DNA of 64,000 nucleotides from Spirochaetaceae bacterium (GTDB lineage Bacteria; Spirochaetota; Spirochaetia; DSM-27196; PWMO01): NCBI GenBank assembly GCA_007693485.1, contig REDM01000143.1, positions 5,803 to 69,802 of the forward strand, read 5' to 3'. Shown piece by piece: positions 61,190 to 64,000 of this stretch (position 1 is its first letter; each line of letters starts with the position of its first letter). The notes under the pieces were generated by a model. It saw only the letters and a program-made list of their open reading frames with translations, ran no database searches and was not told where the DNA came from. The position numbers and the translations under genes were made by a program.

Positions 61190-63238
61190 TCATACGGCGC
61201 GTGCCTCCATATGATCGTGAATTTCGACCAGACGTTTCAGCAACGGTTGGGAGGCCAAGGTCGGGTCACTGTCGCACAGGTTGCGTGCATCCTGTCTCGC
61301 TGTGTCCAACAGATCGGCATCTCTGGTGAGGTCGGCGGCGTGAAGACGGAAGAAGCCGGACTGCCGCACGCCGATGAGGTCGCCGGGGCCACGCATGCGA
61401 AGGTCTTCTTCCGCGACCGCGAAGCCGTCGGAGGTCCGGTGCAGAATTCGCAGCCGCGCCTTGGCGTCTTCGCTGAGATCGTCCGAATAGACGAAGAACG
61501 CGTATGACTGGTGCTCGCCACGCCCAACGCGGCCGCGCAGCTGATGAAGCGCCGCGAGTCCGAAGCGCTCGGCGTGCTCGACTACCATGCAGGTTGCGTT
61601 CGGCACGTCCACTCCCACCTCGATGACACTGGTGGCAGCGAGGACCTGTGTCCGTCCCTGAACGAATTGCTCCATCCGCTCGCGCTTTTCTTCTTCCGGC
61701 ACGCGTGAGTGTATGAGCGTCACGGAACAATCCGGAAATATCTCGCGTTGAAGACGGTCGTACATGGTCTCGGCATTCTTCATCTCGCTGCGATCCGACG
61801 GGTCGATCAACGGGTAGACAAAATAGGCCTGTCTTCCCGAAGTGAGCTCACGGCGAACGGTCTGGTAGACCTTGTGTTCATTGGACATCCGAGCGAGGTG
61901 GGTGCGAATTGCTTGTCGTCCCGGCGGGAGCGAGCGGATGGTTGATGTTTCCATATCACCGTAGAATGCGAGCGCAAGTGTCCGGGGGATCGGTGTTGCG
62001 GTCATGAGAAGGAGGTCCGCGTCGCGACCCTTCTGGACGAGGGCGGCGCGCTGGCTGACGCCAAATCGGTGCTGCTCGTCAACGATAATGAAGCCCAGAT
62101 CGTTGAAGCGGGTTGCATCGCTGAACACCGCATGAGTGCCTATTACCAGCTGCGCACTCCCATCGGCTACCGCCTCGAGCAGCGGTTGCCGGGCGCGAGC
62201 GGGTATGGAGCCGGTAAGCAGGCACACACGAATACCGAGGGGCCCCAGCATGTTCTCGGCGGTATTGGCATGTTGGCGCGCGAGGAGCTCCGTGGGAGCC
62301 ATCAACGCTACCTGTCGTCCTGCCTCAATCACCGGCAACGCGGTCAGAAACGCCACGAGGGTCTTTCCCGATCCCACGTCACCCTGCAAGAGGCGAGCGC
62401 TCACCGTCGGTCCGTTGAGATCGGCAATAATCTCGACGATCACCTGTTTCTGATCGTCGGTGAGCGCGAACGGGAGCGCAGCTACCGCGCGCTCGCGCAA
62501 CTTGTCGGGGAGCTTCGGGCGCCGGCTGCGCGACGCTCGCGTTGGTGATCGCAGCAACAGCCGCATCTGTTGCAGAAAGAGCTCTTCGTATGCGAGGGTG
62601 CGTCGTGCCTGCTCGGCCTCTTCGCGAGTTTCCGGCTGGTGTACCGCACGCAGCGCTTCTTGGGCCGACCGGAGGGTTCGCGTTCGTCTCAGCGGCTGTG
62701 GGATCGCGTCTTCAATGTGACGCGCACTGGTGTCCAACACATGAGCCACTGCGCTGCGCACGATCGACTGCGTTAACCCCTCAGAGAGAGGGTATACGGG
62801 TAGCACCCGGCCAAAGAGGGCAGGTGGCGAATCGACTTCTTCAAATTCAAAGCTGCTGGACTGCAACTCACCGTATCGATAGGAGAACGCAGCCGCCAGC
62901 CGAATACGAACGCCCGGCTTTAGCCGGGTCGCGAGAAAATCGCGGCCAAAGCAGATCAATGCGGCGGATGCACTCGCATCCTTTATGTACACCTTCAGGG
63001 TCTTCTTTCGCCCCCAGCCGATGGTGTCGTGAGCGATCACCTCGGCCACGGTGTTGCACTCGACGCCATCGCGTGCTTCAGAAATGGAGCGAGTGATTGT
63101 GCGGTCATGGTAGTCGCGCGGCAGATGAAGCAGCAGGTCCCGCTCGGTGACAATCCCGAGTCGGGCAAAGGCTCGGGCGGTTGCCGGCCCTACGCGCTTG
63201 ATCTGCTGGACCGACTGCTCCAGCTCAACGAGCAGCAT
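61190..63238 (-). CDS. recG: ATP-dependent DNA helicase RecG
   Basis: Wedge domain followed by GDVGSGKT and DEQHRFG, plus C-terminal TRG-like motifs. Confidence 0.94.
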   Translation of the reverse strand: MLLVELEQSVQQIKRVGPATARAFARLGIVTERDLLLHLPRDYHDRTITRSISEARDGVECNTVAEVIAHDTIGWGRKKTLKVYIKDASASAALICFGRDFLATRLKPGVRIRLAAAFSYRYGELQSSSFEFEEVDSPPALFGRVLPVYPLSEGLTQSIVRSAVAHVLDTSARHIEDAIPQPLRRTRTLRSAQEALRAVHQPETREEAEQARRTLAYEELFLQQMRLLLRSPTRASRSRRPKLPDKLRERAVAALPFALTDDQKQVIVEIIADLNGPTVSARLLQGDVGSGKTLVAFLTALPVIEAGRQVALMAPTELLARQHANTAENMLGPLGIRVCLLTGSIPARARQPLLEAVADGSAQLVIGTHAVFSDATRFNDLGFIIVDEQHRFGVSQRAALVQKGRDADLLLMTATPIPRTLALAFYGDMETSTIRSLPPGRQAIRTHLARMSNEHKVYQTVRRELTSGRQAYFVYPLIDPSDRSEMKNAETMYDRLQREIFPDCSVTLIHSRVPEEEKRERMEQFVQGRTQVLAATSVIEVGVDVPNATCMVVEHAERFGLAALHQLRGRVGRGEHQSYAFFVYSDDLSEDAKARLRILHRTSDGFAVAEEDLRMRGPGDLIGVRQSGFFRLHAADLTRDADLLDTARQDARNLCDSDPTLASQPLLKRLVEIHDHMEARAV

Positions 63239-63244
63239 CGCAGA

Positions 63245-63832
63245 TCAGAACGGCAGTTGTACCAGTGTCGCCACCAGCCGGGCGATCAGCAGGTTTCCTG
63301 CGAGGAGCACCAAGAACACAATTGCGGCGAACAGACCGAGGGCGGTGGGGTAGCTGGCGACACCCTGTCCGATCTTTCGCGTTACCCAATAGCACGGTGG
63401 CTGGAGTAAACGGTCAATGGTGATCCAGAATCGGCTGGCGCTGTTCAACCCGAGCATGATTGCCAGAAGTCGCACCACTGCGAGGATCAGAAACATGGTG
63501 AAGAAGAACGACGTTGCCGACCAGAGTGAGGAGAGAAGTCGGGCCAGTACGAATCCGACGGTGACACGCCCGGTAAATGCCAGCGAACTGGCAACGTCGT
63601 TGAGAATGGACAACGAGATCAGGGCAAGCACCGGAGAAAAATCGACGTGTGCAATCTGCATGAAGGTGAGTCTGCGAAAGAAGTTCAGGTACGGATCGGT
63701 GACACGGGCCAGCATCTCGGTTGCTCTTCCGTACGACGGAGCCTGAAACCAGCTCATGAGGATCCGGACCAACAGAACGAGCATGTACAGTGAGAGTGCC
63801 ATGCTGATGACACGCATGATCGACTGAATCAT
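63245..63832 (-). CDS. yggT: YggT-family membrane protein
   Basis: ATG at 63832 (AAGGAG RBS). Two YGGT-like repeats with ...YMLVLLVRILMSWF. The tracked start at 63856 lacks an RBS. Confidence 0.8.
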   Translation of the reverse strand: MIQSIMRVISMALSLYMLVLLVRILMSWFQAPSYGRATEMLARVTDPYLNFFRRLTFMQIAHVDFSPVLALISLSILNDVASSLAFTGRVTVGFVLARLLSSLWSATSFFFTMFLILAVVRLLAIMLGLNSASRFWITIDRLLQPPCYWVTRKIGQGVASYPTALGLFAAIVFLVLLAGNLLIARLVATLVQLPF

Positions 63833-64000
63833 AAAAACTCCTTTTCCTGTTTCCACACGTCGAGAACGTGAGGGTAGCCGCGGATTTCGTCGAGAACTCC
63901 CGATTTCGAGGTCACGCTGAGTTGCGCCGATGCGCGCACTACTGTTTCACTTCCGTTGCTACCGATGTGCAGGAAGACGGGACAATGTCCTGCGCGCTCA
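63829..64000 (-). CDS. 3' end of an unidentified CDS (5' end outside window)
   Basis: Hand translation of the minus strand gives ...ERAGHCPVFLHIGSNGSETVVRASAQLSVTSKSGVLDEIRGYPHVLDVWKQEKEFL*. Its TGA overlaps the yggT ATG (ATGA). Confidence 0.4.
   Translation of the reverse strand, partial: ERAGHCPVFLHIGSNGSETVVRASAQLSVTSKSGVLDEIRGYPHVLDVWKQEKEFL

Overview
GC-rich bacterial chromosomal segment, almost entirely coding, with no mobile elements, CRISPR arrays or rRNA. Bases 1-21000 (+ strand) hold the ribosomal and RNA polymerase supercluster: rpoB (3' end), rpoC, rpsL-rpsG, tuf, the S10-spc-alpha blocks, rpoA and rplQ. The 37-aa rpmJ is missing from the ORF track. The cluster lacks fusA, adk/map/infA and rpsD. 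The remainder is housekeeping: rnhA, comM/yifB, htrA-like protease, uvrB, a phoU-phoB-phoR module, murG-cvpA-holB, asd-lysC, a dinG-like helicase, groES, ppdK, tRNA-Phe, a fliG paralogue, short-form alaS, hisZ-hisG-hisB, rsmD, recG and yggT. Gene content suggests a spirochaete-like organism. The clues are short AlaRS, solitary groES, a stand-alone FliG paralogue, PPDK and rpsG-tuf without fusA; this is inference only. The most interesting signals are these. (1) A near-perfect sigma54 -24/-12 promoter (TGGCAT-N5-TTGCA) lies immediately upstream of a 293-aa RpoS-like sigma factor gene. A cytoplasmic PAS histidine kinase and an NtrC-type sigma54 activator lie about 6 kb upstream, which suggests an Hk2/Rrp2-RpoN-RpoS-type sigma cascade. 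(2) A 1338-aa two-TM protein follows rplQ, with a roughly 700-residue extremely acidic disordered region and a GAF-like C-terminus. (3) An intact RadC-type JAB/JAMM domain is fused to the N-terminus of a DinG/XPD-type helicase. (4) An orphan single-TRD HsdS-like protein has no methylase or nuclease partner nearby. All functional calls come from reading the translations and motifs by eye; no database search was possible.
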